A DNA stretch of 64,000 nucleotides from an uncultured Nitrososphaerota archaeon (GCA_964634735.1 CAZWMA010000001.1:73350-137349); one strand, 5' to 3'; numbered from the stretch's first letter, positions 1-10,032 are shown. Numbers and translations are program-made. The notes: a model not told the origin generated them from the letters alone.

Positions 1-4
1 CACA

Positions 5-325
5 ATGAACAGGGTTGTTGTATCTGATGTCAGCCAGTGCAATGGCTGCCGGATGTGCGAGATGGTCTGCTCATTCTGCCATACCGGGCAGTTCCAGCCA
101 TCAAGGTCACATATCAAGATCTACAAGATCGAGTCCAAGGGGATCGACATGCCCGTCATCGCCCCGACGTGCGACCTCTGCGAGGGCGGCGGCAACGCGC
201 CGGGCTTCCCGCAGTGCGTGAAGTACTGCCCCACGGTCGTCCTCAAATACGACGAATCGGGGCTCCACGTCTTGGACCGGATAAGGCTCGAGAGCGAGGC
301 GAGGAAGAGGGGGGCGCTGCAATGA
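5..325 (+). CDS. 4Fe-4S dicluster ferredoxin-like small subunit (AOR-associated)
   Basis: 106 aa ORF with CNGCRMCEMVC and CDLCEGG...CVKYC cysteine motifs; stop overlaps the start of the downstream AOR gene by 4 nt. Confidence 0.6.
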   Translation: MNRVVVSDVSQCNGCRMCEMVCSFCHTGQFQPSRSHIKIYKIESKGIDMPVIAPTCDLCEGGGNAPGFPQCVKYCPTVVLKYDESGLHVLDRIRLESEARKRGALQ

Positions 326-2235
326 CGCACGGCTGGGCAGGCACAATACTCCGCGTTGACCTGGCTTTGGGCAAGATAACCAAGCAGCCGCTGCCTATGG
401 ACTTGGCAAGGGAGTACATCGGGGGCAGGGGATTGGCCGCCCGCCTGCTGTACGACGAGGTCCCTGCCGGGACTGCGCCACTCGGTCCTGAGAACAAGGT
501 GATGGTTACGGTCGGCCCCCTGAGCGGCACTCCGATAGGGTGCGGCCGGGTCGGCTTCACGGGCAAATCGCCCCAGAGCGGGCTGTACATGGAGGGGAGC
601 GCAGGAGGGTTCTTCGGCCCCGAGCTCCACTACGCTGGCTACGACTTGATAATCTTCGAGGGCATCTCCCCCAAGCCTGTCTACCTATCAATAAGGGACT
701 CTGATGCGGAGCTGAAGGACGCCTCGCACCTGTGGGGGATGACGACGTCAAAGACTTACGATTCGATCATCAGGGAAGAGGGCGACGGCGACGTCCAGGT
801 CAGGTCGATAGGGCCCGCGGGCGAGAACCTCGTCAACGTCTCCACCACGATAGGCAACCTGCACCGGGCAGGCGGGCGCTCCTTGGGCGCAGTGTTGGGC
901 TCCAAGAGGGTGAAGGCTGTCGCTGTGAGGGGGACTGGCTCGACGAGCATCCTCGATCCAAGCGCCTTCAAGGAGGCGATGGACGAGATCTTCTTCGGTC
1001 TGAACATGGAGGAGTCCCTCGACCCGTTCACAAAGCAGTTCGGCATCTACGGCAGCCCCGTCATACTCAGGTACTTCAATGAGGTCGGCGGGCTCGCGAC
1101 CAGGAACGCCCAATCGTCGGTATTCGAGGGGGCGGACGGCATCGGCGACATCGCCTCAAAGAAGCACATCGTAAAGCCCAAGGCGTGCTTCTGCTGCCCA
1201 ATCCCTTCGTGCAGCCACTGGCTCTACGTGAAGGACGGCCCATGCAAGGGCACGGAGGGGGAGGGGGTGCAGACTACCGGGCAGGTCGTCTTTGGCTCCA
1301 TGCTCGGGATCGACTCCTTCGCAGCGGTGGCAAAGGCGCAGCTCATGTGCAACGACCTCGGGCTCGACCTCTACGCAGGGATACCCGTCGCATGGGCGTT
1401 CGAGGCATTCCAGAAGGGGATGCTCACCAAAGAAGATGCGGGGGGGCTCGACCTCACATGGGGCAATGCCGAGACGCTCTTCACCCTCTTGGGCATGATT
1501 GCGCACCGCGAGGGGCTGGGCGATATCCTTGCGGACGGCGCAATGAAGGCTGCCAAGAGGCTTGGAAGGGGCTCCGAGTTTGCCCTGCACTCCAAGGGTA
1601 TGGACTATGAGATTATCCACCCTAACGCGGTCTACACCCATGCCCTGGGTCTCGCGGTCAACAGCGTTGGCTCGGACCACACCGCATACTACCCGCCTTA
1701 CCCGCCATCAGTGGCCGCAATCCCGCCGGAGATAATCGGCGACCTTGGCTTCGACGCAAAGAAAGCGGGCGGGCGACTAACGACAGACGAGAAGGGCGCG
1801 CTGCTGAAGTGGTCCTACGACTCGAGAGCCGTCCTTGACAGCCTCGAGTTCTGCCTCTTCATAAGCCGGGGCAGGCTATACACCGACTTCAGGCCATACG
1901 CAAAGGCGCTTTCGGCTGCCACCGGCGTCAGCTACGACATGAAGGGCCTGCTGGCGATCGGGGAGCGAATATGCAACCTCGAGCGGGCATTCAACGTCCG
2001 CGAGGGGGCGAGCAGGAAAGACGACACGATACCAGAGCGCTTCTTGAAGCAGCCAGCAGAAGGCGGCAGCGCAGGCAGCATAGTGCCGCTGAACACCATG
2101 CTTGATGACTACTACCGTGTAAGGCATTGGGACCTGAAGACCGGGAACCCGACGAGGGCGACGCTCGAGCGTGTCGGGCTGAAGGGCGTTGCAGACGAGC
2201 TGCAGATGATGGGCAAGCTTCCGGAGGCTGCTTGA
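322..2235 (+). CDS. aor: tungsten-containing aldehyde:ferredoxin oxidoreductase (AOR family)
   Basis: 637 aa from ATG 322; the translation aligns along the AOR family N- and C-terminal domains; the ORF-track start at 37 is an upstream in-frame extension with no homology. Confidence 0.8.
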   Translation: MTHGWAGTILRVDLALGKITKQPLPMDLAREYIGGRGLAARLLYDEVPAGTAPLGPENKVMVTVGPLSGTPIGCGRVGFTGKSPQSGLYMEGSAGGFFGPELHYAGYDLIIFEGISPKPVYLSIRDSDAELKDASHLWGMTTSKTYDSIIREEGDGDVQVRSIGPAGENLVNVSTTIGNLHRAGGRSLGAVLGSKRVKAVAVRGTGSTSILDPSAFKEAMDEIFFGLNMEESLDPFTKQFGIYGSPVILRYFNEVGGLATRNAQSSVFEGADGIGDIASKKHIVKPKACFCCPIPSCSHWLYVKDGPCKGTEGEGVQTTGQVVFGSMLGIDSFAAVAKAQLMCNDLGLDLYAGIPVAWAFEAFQKGMLTKEDAGGLDLTWGNAETLFTLLGMIAHREGLGDILADGAMKAAKRLGRGSEFALHSKGMDYEIIHPNAVYTHALGLAVNSVGSDHTAYYPPYPPSVAAIPPEIIGDLGFDAKKAGGRLTTDEKGALLKWSYDSRAVLDSLEFCLFISRGRLYTDFRPYAKALSAATGVSYDMKGLLAIGERICNLERAFNVREGASRKDDTIPERFLKQPAEGGSAGSIVPLNTMLDDYYRVRHWDLKTGNPTRATLERVGLKGVADELQMMGKLPEAA

Positions 2236-2236
2236 G

Positions 2237-2515
2237 ATGGCTACTGTATCATGCGTATACCTCGGCTATATCAGCGACATCGCGGGCGGCAAGCCAGAAG
2301 AGCCAGTCCAAACAGGCGAACTATGGACGCTGCGGCTCCTTATAGCTGCTCTCGGCTCGAAATACCCTCAATTCCAAGAGACCTTCATCACGGCGTCTGG
2401 AACCCCTGTGCCTAGCAGGCAGATACTGATAAAACCCAAGGGGAAGCAGACCGGGCCGCCAGCCAAAGGCTTGGAGACGCTTATGGAGGACGGGATGCGG
2501 ATTATTTTCTGGTGA
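2237..2515 (+). CDS. MoaD/ThiS-like beta-grasp small protein (no C-terminal GG)
   Basis: 92 aa immediately after aor; pattern resembles MoaD sulfur-carrier proteins but ends ...MRIIFW without Gly-Gly; overlaps the next gene by 4 nt. Confidence 0.35.
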   Translation: MATVSCVYLGYISDIAGGKPEEPVQTGELWTLRLLIAALGSKYPQFQETFITASGTPVPSRQILIKPKGKQTGPPAKGLETLMEDGMRIIFW

Positions 2516-3423
2516 GCCATATGAAACGCTTCACCGTAGCAGGCATTCAGCTGGCGCTTGTTGAACCGAACAACGTCGCAAAGAATCAAGCATACGCGCT
2601 GTCCTGGCTCCCGCGCGCCATCAAGGAGACCGGGGCAGAGCTGGTCGTCTACCCCGAGACATGCAACACCGGCTTCGACACGGGGCTATCAGCCGGAGCG
2701 CTGTGGGACCTTGTCGATGAGATTCCTGGGCGGACAACATCGGCTGCCCAGAAGGCTGCCCGCGAGCACGGCGCCCATGTCGTCTGGAACACCTACGAGC
2801 GGGGCAGCAAGAGAGGAATCGTCTACAACAGCTCCGTCCTAATCGGGAGAGACGGCGAGATTGTTGGCGTTTACAGGAAGACGCACCCATTCCCCACGGA
2901 GCGCGTAGAGGGTGGTGGATGGACGACCGCCGGCGACGAAGTTAAGGCATTCAAAACAGACCTCGCGAAAATCGGGCTCATAATCTGCTACGATGGGGAT
3001 TTCCCCGACCTATCAACGACCTACGCCCTCCAGGGCGCCGAGGTAATCATCAGGTCATCTGCCCTCCTGCGCACCTACGATCACTGGAGCGCGGAGAACT
3101 TCGCTCGGGCATACGAGAACCACGTCTACCTCGTTGGGATAAACGCGGTCGGATCTGACGCTTCCAAGAACCACTACTTCGGGCACAGCCAGATAATAGC
3201 GCCGAACGGCTGGAAGCTTGCCCAAGCAAGGTGCGCCGAAGAGGTCGTCAGCGCTGAGCTATCGCCTGACCCGATCAAGAGCATATACGGCGGCATCAGT
3301 TCGCCGCAGGTATTCGACCACCTCGAGGACCGGAACGTCGGGGTTTACGACGTGATGAAAGAGGGCCGAAGCGGATTCGAACCTGGAAAGCGAGTCCCCT
3401 ACCGAAAAGCCCGCAGGGGCTAG
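2512..3423 (+). CDS. carbon-nitrogen hydrolase (nitrilase superfamily)
   Basis: 303 aa; CN-hydrolase fold motifs (PETCNTGF Glu, RKTHPF Lys, IICYDGDFP Cys catalytic triad). Confidence 0.75.
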   Translation: MSHMKRFTVAGIQLALVEPNNVAKNQAYALSWLPRAIKETGAELVVYPETCNTGFDTGLSAGALWDLVDEIPGRTTSAAQKAAREHGAHVVWNTYERGSKRGIVYNSSVLIGRDGEIVGVYRKTHPFPTERVEGGGWTTAGDEVKAFKTDLAKIGLIICYDGDFPDLSTTYALQGAEVIIRSSALLRTYDHWSAENFARAYENHVYLVGINAVGSDASKNHYFGHSQIIAPNGWKLAQARCAEEVVSAELSPDPIKSIYGGISSPQVFDHLEDRNVGVYDVMKEGRSGFEPGKRVPYRKARRG

Positions 3424-3545
3424 CTCCCAATTCGCCGGGGAGATGAAGCTAAGATTAAAAAGTCACACCCTCCATTATTTACCGTTAGGCAATCCGCCAT
3501 AAATGCCAATCATGCCTGGCGGTCCAATTGGGTGGAATATCTGAC

Positions 3546-4469
3546 ATGCGAGTTCTTATCACGGGGGCCAACGGTCTCCTCGGCTCCAAGCTCTGCGAGC
3601 TCTACGCCCGTAAGGGGCACGTTGTATACGCCGGCTTCACATCCGTCCCGCCGGCAGTAGGGAAGCCGGTCCAGATGGACATCACCGACCGGGCGATGGT
3701 CAAGGAGGCGTTTGAGCAGCACAGCCCTGACATAGTCTTCCACTGCGCGGCCGTCACTGACGTTGATGCCTGCGAGCTGGACCCCATACTGGCGCACGAG
3801 GTCAACGTTGAGGGGACCCAGCACATCGTCCACGAGGCGAAGCGCGTCGGATGCCAGATGGTCTACATCTCCACCGACTACGTCTTCGACGGTGCCAAGG
3901 GCTACTACCGGGAGGACGACACCACGAATCCGGTTAACGTCTACGGGAAGAGCAAGCTGGAAGGCGAGAGGGTAGTTCTCGCGTCCGGGTTGCCGTCGCT
4001 CATCGCAAGGACGAGCGTCATCTACGGCGCTACGCCGTCGAGCGGCAAGATGAACTTCGCCCTGTGGGTGATAGACAGCCTGCGCAGGGGCGAGACGATA
4101 CCCGCCATAGCTGACAAGTACGCCTGCCCGACCTACAACCAGAACCTTGCCGAGATGCTTATCGAGGCGACCGAGAGGGGCTTCTCCGGCATACACCACC
4201 TCTGCGGAGCAACGCGGGTCTCCAGGCTCGAGTTCGCGAACGCTATCGCCGATGCGTTCGGCCTCGACAAGTCGAAGATACGCGTCGCCACATCCATGGA
4301 GTACGACGCCCGGCAGAGGGCAAAGAGGCCGCAGGATTCGTCGCTCGACGTTTCGGGGGTCATGCGTTCGCTGAGGACGCGCCCGATGGAGCTCAAGGAT
4401 GCCTTGGCAGCGCTCAAGGCTGAGATGGAGGAGAACCCGCTGATATCCCCCTCCACCCGCAGCATGTAG
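3546..4469 (+). CDS. dTDP-4-dehydrorhamnose reductase-like NAD(P)-binding reductase (RmlD family)
   Basis: MRVLITGANGLLGS Rossmann motif plus STDYVFDG...NVYGKSKLEGE, the RmlD signature; ATG at 3546 preferred over the ORF-track start at 3528. Confidence 0.7.
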   Translation: MRVLITGANGLLGSKLCELYARKGHVVYAGFTSVPPAVGKPVQMDITDRAMVKEAFEQHSPDIVFHCAAVTDVDACELDPILAHEVNVEGTQHIVHEAKRVGCQMVYISTDYVFDGAKGYYREDDTTNPVNVYGKSKLEGERVVLASGLPSLIARTSVIYGATPSSGKMNFALWVIDSLRRGETIPAIADKYACPTYNQNLAEMLIEATERGFSGIHHLCGATRVSRLEFANAIADAFGLDKSKIRVATSMEYDARQRAKRPQDSSLDVSGVMRSLRTRPMELKDALAALKAEMEENPLISPSTRSM

Positions 4470-4857
4470 CCGGCATATTCCCTGGCCCGATCCCTGCGCC
4501 GTTACGGCACTACAAACCCTTTTAAGCGACGTAAAGCCATAGCTGGAGGCGTTGGGGTATCAACGGCATGAATTTTCGCATAGGAAGAGCGCATACTGAG
4601 CTTCATCCTCACCACTCCCAAGAGAAGCCTGCAAAGAAGCGCAGGGCATAGGAAAATGCATCGCCGGAACGAATAGCAATGCGTGGAATGACCTATGCGG
4701 TCGAGGGGCGCCGGGGCGAGGCCCTGGCAGGCGCACAGCCTTGCGACCATCTGATTCTCCGTCAAACATAAATCGCACATGCCGTAATCCTATTTAGCAT
4801 CAGCTAATCCCGGCAGCAGACCGTATCAGTGCCGCCGGGGCACAGGGTGCGTTCACA

Positions 4858-7800
4858 ATGGCAACGTTCAAGAAGGTCAGTCAGACAGTCGACTTCCCCG
4901 ATCTGGAGAACCGCATGCTCAAGTTCTGGGAAGAGACCGACGCTTTCAACACGCGCAGGAAGATGAACAAGGGGGGCAGGAAGTGGTCGTTCCTCGACGG
5001 TCCGATAACCGCCAACAACCCGATGGGGGTCCACCACGCGTGGGGCAGGACGTACAAGGACCTCTTCCAGAGGTTCTACGCCATGAGGGGCTGCGAAATC
5101 AGGTACCAGAACGGGTTCGACTGCCAAGGCCTCTGGGTGGAGGTCGAGGTCGAGAAGTCCCTCGGGTTCAAGTCGAAGCAGGACATCGAGAAGTACGGCG
5201 TCTCCGAGTTCATAAAGAACTGCAAGCAGAGGGTCCTGAGGTACGCAGCCAAGCAGACCGAACAGTCCATCAGGCTCGGGTACTGGATGGAGTGGAACGA
5301 CCCCAGCAAGCTCAGGGCGCTCGCAGACGCGCTCGACCATCCAGAGAAGCCGGTGGACTATGTCGGAGAAACCGGCGGCAATATGACCGGCACCCCGGAG
5401 CAGGTTATAGGGCAGCTGGGCTCCCTCGAGCTGGGCGGCTCCTACTTCACCATGGCCGACGTCAACAACTACGGCATATGGTCGGTCCTTAAGAAGTGCC
5501 ACGAGCACGGCTGGGTCTACAAGGGCACAGACGTCATGCCCTGGTGCCCGCGCTGCTCCACAGCCCTCTCGGAGCACGAGATCGCCACCGAGGGTTACAG
5601 GGAGACCGCGCACACGTCCCTCACCGTCAAGATGCCAATCCGCGAGAGGCCTGGCGAGAGCCTTTTGGTATGGACGACCACGCCGTGGACGCTCACGTCA
5701 AACGTCGCGGTAGCAGTCAATCCCAACCTCACCTACGCGAAGGTAAAGCACGACGGCGGCATCTACTACGCGGCGAAGGCGGTCGTCCCGAGCATATTCG
5801 GGAAGGGATACGAGGTCATGGGCGAGGTTCTGGGGGGCGAGCTCGAAGGGCTCACGTACGACGGCCCATTCGACGAGCTGGACGCCGTAAAGGCGGCAGG
5901 GGTCCCCAAGCGCCACAAGGTCATACCATGGGCCGAGGTCAGCGAGGCTGACGGCACAGGGATGGTCCACATCGCTCCGGGCTGCGGCAAGGAAGACCAT
6001 GAACTCGGCAAGGAGTACTCCCTGCCGGCGATATCCCCAATCAACGAGTTCGGGGAGTTCATCGGCGGCTTCGGGGAGTTTACCGGGCTGCACGTCTACA
6101 ACTCCGTCGCCCCGGTCATATCCGCACTCAAGGCAAAAGGCAAGCTCTTCAGGTCGGAGAAGTACCGCCACAGGTACCCGTTCTGCTGGAGGTGCGGCAA
6201 CGAGCTCGTCTTCAGGCTTGTGGACGAGTGGTTCATCTCCATGGGGGAGAAGCGGGAGGCCGGCTCCGAGCCGTTCGGGCCGGAACCCGAGGACCCTCGC
6301 ATGGCGCCGCATAGTTCCAGCGAGATCCTCAGGGAGCAGATAAGCGAGGTCACCAGCAAGGTCAAGTGGATCCCGCCGTTCGGCCTGTCGCAGGAGCTCG
6401 ACTGGCTCCAGAACATGGGGGACTGGATGATATCAAAGAAGCGCTACTGGGGGCTGGCTCTCCCGATCTGGGAGTGCAAGTCCTGCGGAGCGTTCGACGT
6501 GATAGGCAGCCGCGAGGAGCTGAAATCCAAGGCGATAAAGGGCTGGGACGCGTTCGAAGGGCACTCCCCGCACAAGCCGTGGGTCGACCTGGTCAAGACC
6601 AAGTGCCCCAAGTGCGGCTCGGAGATGTCGCGCGTGCCTGACGTCGGCAACCCGTGGCTCGACGCCGGGATCGTCGCATATTCCACAACCGGGTACTTCA
6701 CCAACCGGAAGTACTGGTCGGAGTGGGTGCCCGCCGACCTCATCTGCGAGTCCCTCCCTGGGCAGTTCAGGAACTGGTTCTACTCCCTGCTCACAATGAG
6801 CACGATCCTTGAGCGGATACCCCCAACGAAGGCGGTGTTCGGCTTTGGCACGGTCCTAGCGGAGGACGGGCGGGAGATGCACAAGTCATGGGGGAACGCC
6901 ATATGGTTCGACGACGCCGCCCAGAGCATGGGCGCCGATGTCATGCGGTGGATGTATTGCACAAACCGCCCTGAGGTGGACATGCTCTTCGGCTACAAGC
7001 GCTCCGAGGACGTGAAGAAGGAGTTCCTCATACCCCTCTGGAACATCTACTCGTTCTTCGTCACCTATGCAGACCTCGACAGCTGGAAACCGTCAGGCAA
7101 GCCTGCTGTCTTCACGCAGCTCGACAGGTGGATGCTCTCGAAGCTCCAGGTACTCGTGCGCGAGGTGACATCATGCCTTGAGGACTATGACCCGGTAGGC
7201 GCCTCCACTCGCATCGAGAAGTTCGTGGACCTTCTGTCGCAGTGGTACATCAGGCGCTCTAGGAGAAGGTTCTGGAAGAGCGAGTCCGACAGCGACAAGG
7301 AGGCTGCCTACTCAACGCTATACGCGTGCATAACGACGCTCCTCCGGCTGCTCGCCCCGTTCATACCGTTCATGTCCGAGGAGATCTACCAGAACGTCGT
7401 CAGGTCGGTCGATCCCAAGTCGCCCACCAGCGTGCACCACTGCAGCTGGCCGTCGCCGGACGGCTCCCTGGTTGACGCGGACCTCATTGCATCGATGGAC
7501 GCCACGATACGCGCGTGCAGCCTGGGGCACTCGGTCAGGGCAGCTTCGGGCGTCAAGGTCCGGCAGCCGCTGGAGAGGGCGATCATATTCGCGGACAAGA
7601 AGCTAGCGGACCAGATAGCCCCGCTGGAGGACCTCGTGAAGGAGGAGCTCAACGTCAAGAGCATCGAGTTTGGGCTTGACAAGGAGGCGCTGGTCGACTT
7701 CAAGATAAGGCCGCTCCCGAGGCTCCTCGGGGTCAAGCACGGAAGGTCGCTCCCCAAGATACTGGCAGCCGTGGAGTCTATGGACCAGTCCGCCCTTGCA

Positions 7801-8235
7801 GCAGCATTCAAGTCCGGCAAGAGCGTGGCTGTCGCAGTCGATGGAAATGATATTGCCCTCCTGCCGACCGAGGTCGAGATTCAGTCGAAGCCGAAGGAGG
7901 GGTACAAGATGGCGGAGGAGTCCGGACTTGCGGTCGCGGTGGACGTCAATGTTTCCGAGGCGCTGAAGGACGAAGGCTTCGCAAGGGACATCGTCCGCAG
8001 GATACAGAACCAGCGCAAGGAGTCCGGGTTCGAGATCTCCGACAGGATCGAAGTATACTACTCCGCCTCGCCCAAGCTGGACTCTGTATTCTCGAAGTTC
8101 AGGTCGTACATAGCGGCTGAGACGCTCGCCTCGAGCCTGCAGAAGAAGGCGCCACCAGAGGGAGTCCAAGCGTTCGAATACGATATCGAAGGCGAGAAGT
8201 TCAAGGCTGGCTTGGTCCGACTTCCGAAGCAGTAG
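4858..8235 (+). CDS. ileS: isoleucyl-tRNA synthetase
   Basis: 1125 aa class I aaRS; archaeal IleRS N-terminus, HHAWG (HIGH-like) and HKSWGN (KMSKS-like) motifs, zinc-binding Cys clusters. Confidence 0.9.
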   Translation: MATFKKVSQTVDFPDLENRMLKFWEETDAFNTRRKMNKGGRKWSFLDGPITANNPMGVHHAWGRTYKDLFQRFYAMRGCEIRYQNGFDCQGLWVEVEVEKSLGFKSKQDIEKYGVSEFIKNCKQRVLRYAAKQTEQSIRLGYWMEWNDPSKLRALADALDHPEKPVDYVGETGGNMTGTPEQVIGQLGSLELGGSYFTMADVNNYGIWSVLKKCHEHGWVYKGTDVMPWCPRCSTALSEHEIATEGYRETAHTSLTVKMPIRERPGESLLVWTTTPWTLTSNVAVAVNPNLTYAKVKHDGGIYYAAKAVVPSIFGKGYEVMGEVLGGELEGLTYDGPFDELDAVKAAGVPKRHKVIPWAEVSEADGTGMVHIAPGCGKEDHELGKEYSLPAISPINEFGEFIGGFGEFTGLHVYNSVAPVISALKAKGKLFRSEKYRHRYPFCWRCGNELVFRLVDEWFISMGEKREAGSEPFGPEPEDPRMAPHSSSEILREQISEVTSKVKWIPPFGLSQELDWLQNMGDWMISKKRYWGLALPIWECKSCGAFDVIGSREELKSKAIKGWDAFEGHSPHKPWVDLVKTKCPKCGSEMSRVPDVGNPWLDAGIVAYSTTGYFTNRKYWSEWVPADLICESLPGQFRNWFYSLLTMSTILERIPPTKAVFGFGTVLAEDGREMHKSWGNAIWFDDAAQSMGADVMRWMYCTNRPEVDMLFGYKRSEDVKKEFLIPLWNIYSFFVTYADLDSWKPSGKPAVFTQLDRWMLSKLQVLVREVTSCLEDYDPVGASTRIEKFVDLLSQWYIRRSRRRFWKSESDSDKEAAYSTLYACITTLLRLLAPFIPFMSEEIYQNVVRSVDPKSPTSVHHCSWPSPDGSLVDADLIASMDATIRACSLGHSVRAASGVKVRQPLERAIIFADKKLADQIAPLEDLVKEELNVKSIEFGLDKEALVDFKIRPLPRLLGVKHGRSLPKILAAVESMDQSALAAAFKSGKSVAVAVDGNDIALLPTEVEIQSKPKEGYKMAEESGLAVAVDVNVSEALKDEGFARDIVRRIQNQRKESGFEISDRIEVYYSASPKLDSVFSKFRSYIAAETLASSLQKKAPPEGVQAFEYDIEGEKFKAGLVRLPKQ

Positions 8236-9019
8236 TAGCGGATGCCGCAGCGGCGCCCGGAGGCGCCCCCATCCCGAGCAGCCTCATCATGAGCTGGGCA
8301 TCCGAAGGCGAGTGCCCAGAGTAGTACTTCGTGAAGACCCCATAGACCTCGATACCCGCCTCTAGGTATCTCCTAACCCTTCCAGCCCACTCCGCGGTGT
8401 CGCTGTCCCTGTCGCGCTCCTTCGCGCCCGTCGTGCCGCTTATGGCGGACTTGTCCCCCTCCCACCTGATGTACGTGAACCCCGCCGTCAGGACATCCAC
8501 CTTGGGCATCCATGGGTGATCTGCGAGCACGAGGGCTACCCCCGCGTCCCTGAGCACTTTGTAAAGGCTCTCGCCAAGCCATCCGCGGTTCTTGACCTCG
8601 ATTGCATACCTCGCAACCGGTGGGAGACCGCGCACGAAATCCTTCAATGCCGGGAGGTGGTCCGGCGTGAACGACGGCGGAAGCTGCACGAGCAGGCAGC
8701 CGAGCTTGGGGCCGAGGAAGCGGATGTTCTCAAGGAACGCTCCCACATCGTCGCCAGCGTCCCTCAGCATCTTCTCGTCCGTTATGCGCCTAGGCATCTT
8801 CGCAGTGAAGGTGAACCCCTCTGGCACTTGTGACCTCCAGTTCTTCACCATCTGCTGCGGCGGTATCCCGTAGTAGGAGCTGTCCACCTCCACAGCCAGC
8901 ATCCTCTTGGAGTACTCCGCAAGAAAGTCCCTCGGCTTGGCTCCAGCCGGGTAGAAGTTGCCGATCCAGAAGTCGTAGCCCCACCCGGCGGTGCCGATGT
9001 GCGCCACAGCCCCCGCCAT
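8201..9019 (-). CDS. DUF72 (YecE/UPF0759) family protein
   Basis: ~272 aa from the internal Met (MAGAVAHIGTAGWGYDFW...), typical DUF72 start and length; its ATG shares one nucleotide with the stop of the upstream PE gene (TGATG); convergent overlap with the ileS 3' end. Confidence 0.7.
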   Translation of the reverse strand: MAGAVAHIGTAGWGYDFWIGNFYPAGAKPRDFLAEYSKRMLAVEVDSSYYGIPPQQMVKNWRSQVPEGFTFTAKMPRRITDEKMLRDAGDDVGAFLENIRFLGPKLGCLLVQLPPSFTPDHLPALKDFVRGLPPVARYAIEVKNRGWLGESLYKVLRDAGVALVLADHPWMPKVDVLTAGFTYIRWEGDKSAISGTTGAKERDRDSDTAEWAGRVRRYLEAGIEVYGVFTKYYSGHSPSDAQLMMRLLGMGAPPGAAAASATTASEVGPSQP

Positions 9020-9396
9020 CAGTCTCCACTCCTGAATATCAGCCACTGGTCCCCACGCCCTCCCGCGGTCTTCACGAGGATGTACCTGCCTCGCATCCTC
9101 TCCCCCCTCGCGGCGAAGACTATCTTCCCCTCGCTCCACTCCAGCGCGTCGTACTCGCCCTTGTCCCAGATCTTGACGGTCCCAGCGCCGTAGCTCCCCT
9201 CCGGGATTGTCCCCTCGAAGAGGGCATAACCGATGTCGTGGTCGTCGACCCTTATTGCGAGCCTCTTCCTCACGTCCCCCGCCTCCGGCACCCCCTTGGG
9301 GACAGCCCAGCTCTTTAGGACCCCTTCCATCTCGAGCCTGAGGTCGAAGTGAAGCTGCCTTGCGTGATGCTCATGAATGACAAAGATCCTTCTCAT
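9019..9396 (-). CDS. LigD-type 3'-phosphoesterase (PE) domain protein
   Basis: HEHHARQLHFDLRLE...GVLKSWAVPKG matches the LigD PE signature; start taken at MRRIFVIHEHH (ORF-track start 9471 is probably an upstream extension). Confidence 0.65.
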   Translation of the reverse strand: MRRIFVIHEHHARQLHFDLRLEMEGVLKSWAVPKGVPEAGDVRKRLAIRVDDHDIGYALFEGTIPEGSYGAGTVKIWDKGEYDALEWSEGKIVFAARGERMRGRYILVKTAGGRGDQWLIFRSGD

Positions 9397-9506
9397 TGAA
9401 GCAGCGCTGCATTCCGGCCGAGCCACTCCCTTCCGGTCCAAAACCTTGCCTGCGCCGACCGCATCGCCCAAGGATAACCCCTTGATAGGTAACTCGCGTA
9501 GCCTGC

Positions 9507-9932
9507 TTATCTATTCCGCACCAGGCTTGCCCCGCCACGGACCGGTTCCTCGGTCAGCACTCCGTGGTAGCTCGTGACCCTGCCTTCCGGCGCCCTCATG
9601 AGCTCCACGCGTGCCGAGACCATCCTCGGCTCCCCCGACTTGGTCAAGATCCTGAATCTCAGGTTCACCTCTCCTTCTCCTCCGTGGTAAGCGCGCGCCA
9701 GCGCCCCCGCGACCACCTCGATGTCGTCGCTGTGGATGAGCTTGCCTACCCTGATGCCGCCGCCCTTCAGCTCCGACGGCGAGTAGCCGAAAGAGGAGAC
9801 CTCCGCGGAGACGTACTCTATGGTACTGCTCCCGTTGATCCTGACGAGGAACTCCACGCCCGGGCTTTTTCCTCGCCCCCTTGAGCGCCTTGCCTTCCCC
9901 GCAACCCCGCCTGCGCTCCCTGTCTTCGCCAT
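9507..9932 (-). CDS. stand-alone PAS-domain protein with basic N-terminus
   Basis: FGYSPSELKGGGI...IHSDD pattern typical of PAS folds; KR-rich N-terminus; start uncertain (9932 or 10001). Confidence 0.45.
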   Translation of the reverse strand: MAKTGSAGGVAGKARRSRGRGKSPGVEFLVRINGSSTIEYVSAEVSSFGYSPSELKGGGIRVGKLIHSDDIEVVAGALARAYHGGEGEVNLRFRILTKSGEPRMVSARVELMRAPEGRVTSYHGVLTEEPVRGGASLVRNR

Positions 9933-10032
9933 AGATGCAACCAGCTGTAAAAACCCACTATTGAAGAGATATCCTTGCGCGCATAATAACTTTTTATACA
10001 TGCTGCCGACAGAGACACTTCGTTGAAGTCGT

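Noticed and set aside
37-321. 5' extension of the AOR ORF from the ORF-track start at 37
   Set aside because: The extension overlaps the ferredoxin gene in another frame and carries no AOR homology; AOR homology begins at the ATG at 322.
3510-4199. 229-aa minus-strand ORF
   Set aside because: Antisense to the well-supported RmlD-like gene in a high-GC region with few stops; no recognisable motifs.
4804-5613. 269-aa minus-strand ORF and other long antisense ORFs (5698..6312, 7603..8169) within ileS
   Set aside because: They lie entirely inside the ileS reading frame region on the opposite strand; typical high-GC artefacts.
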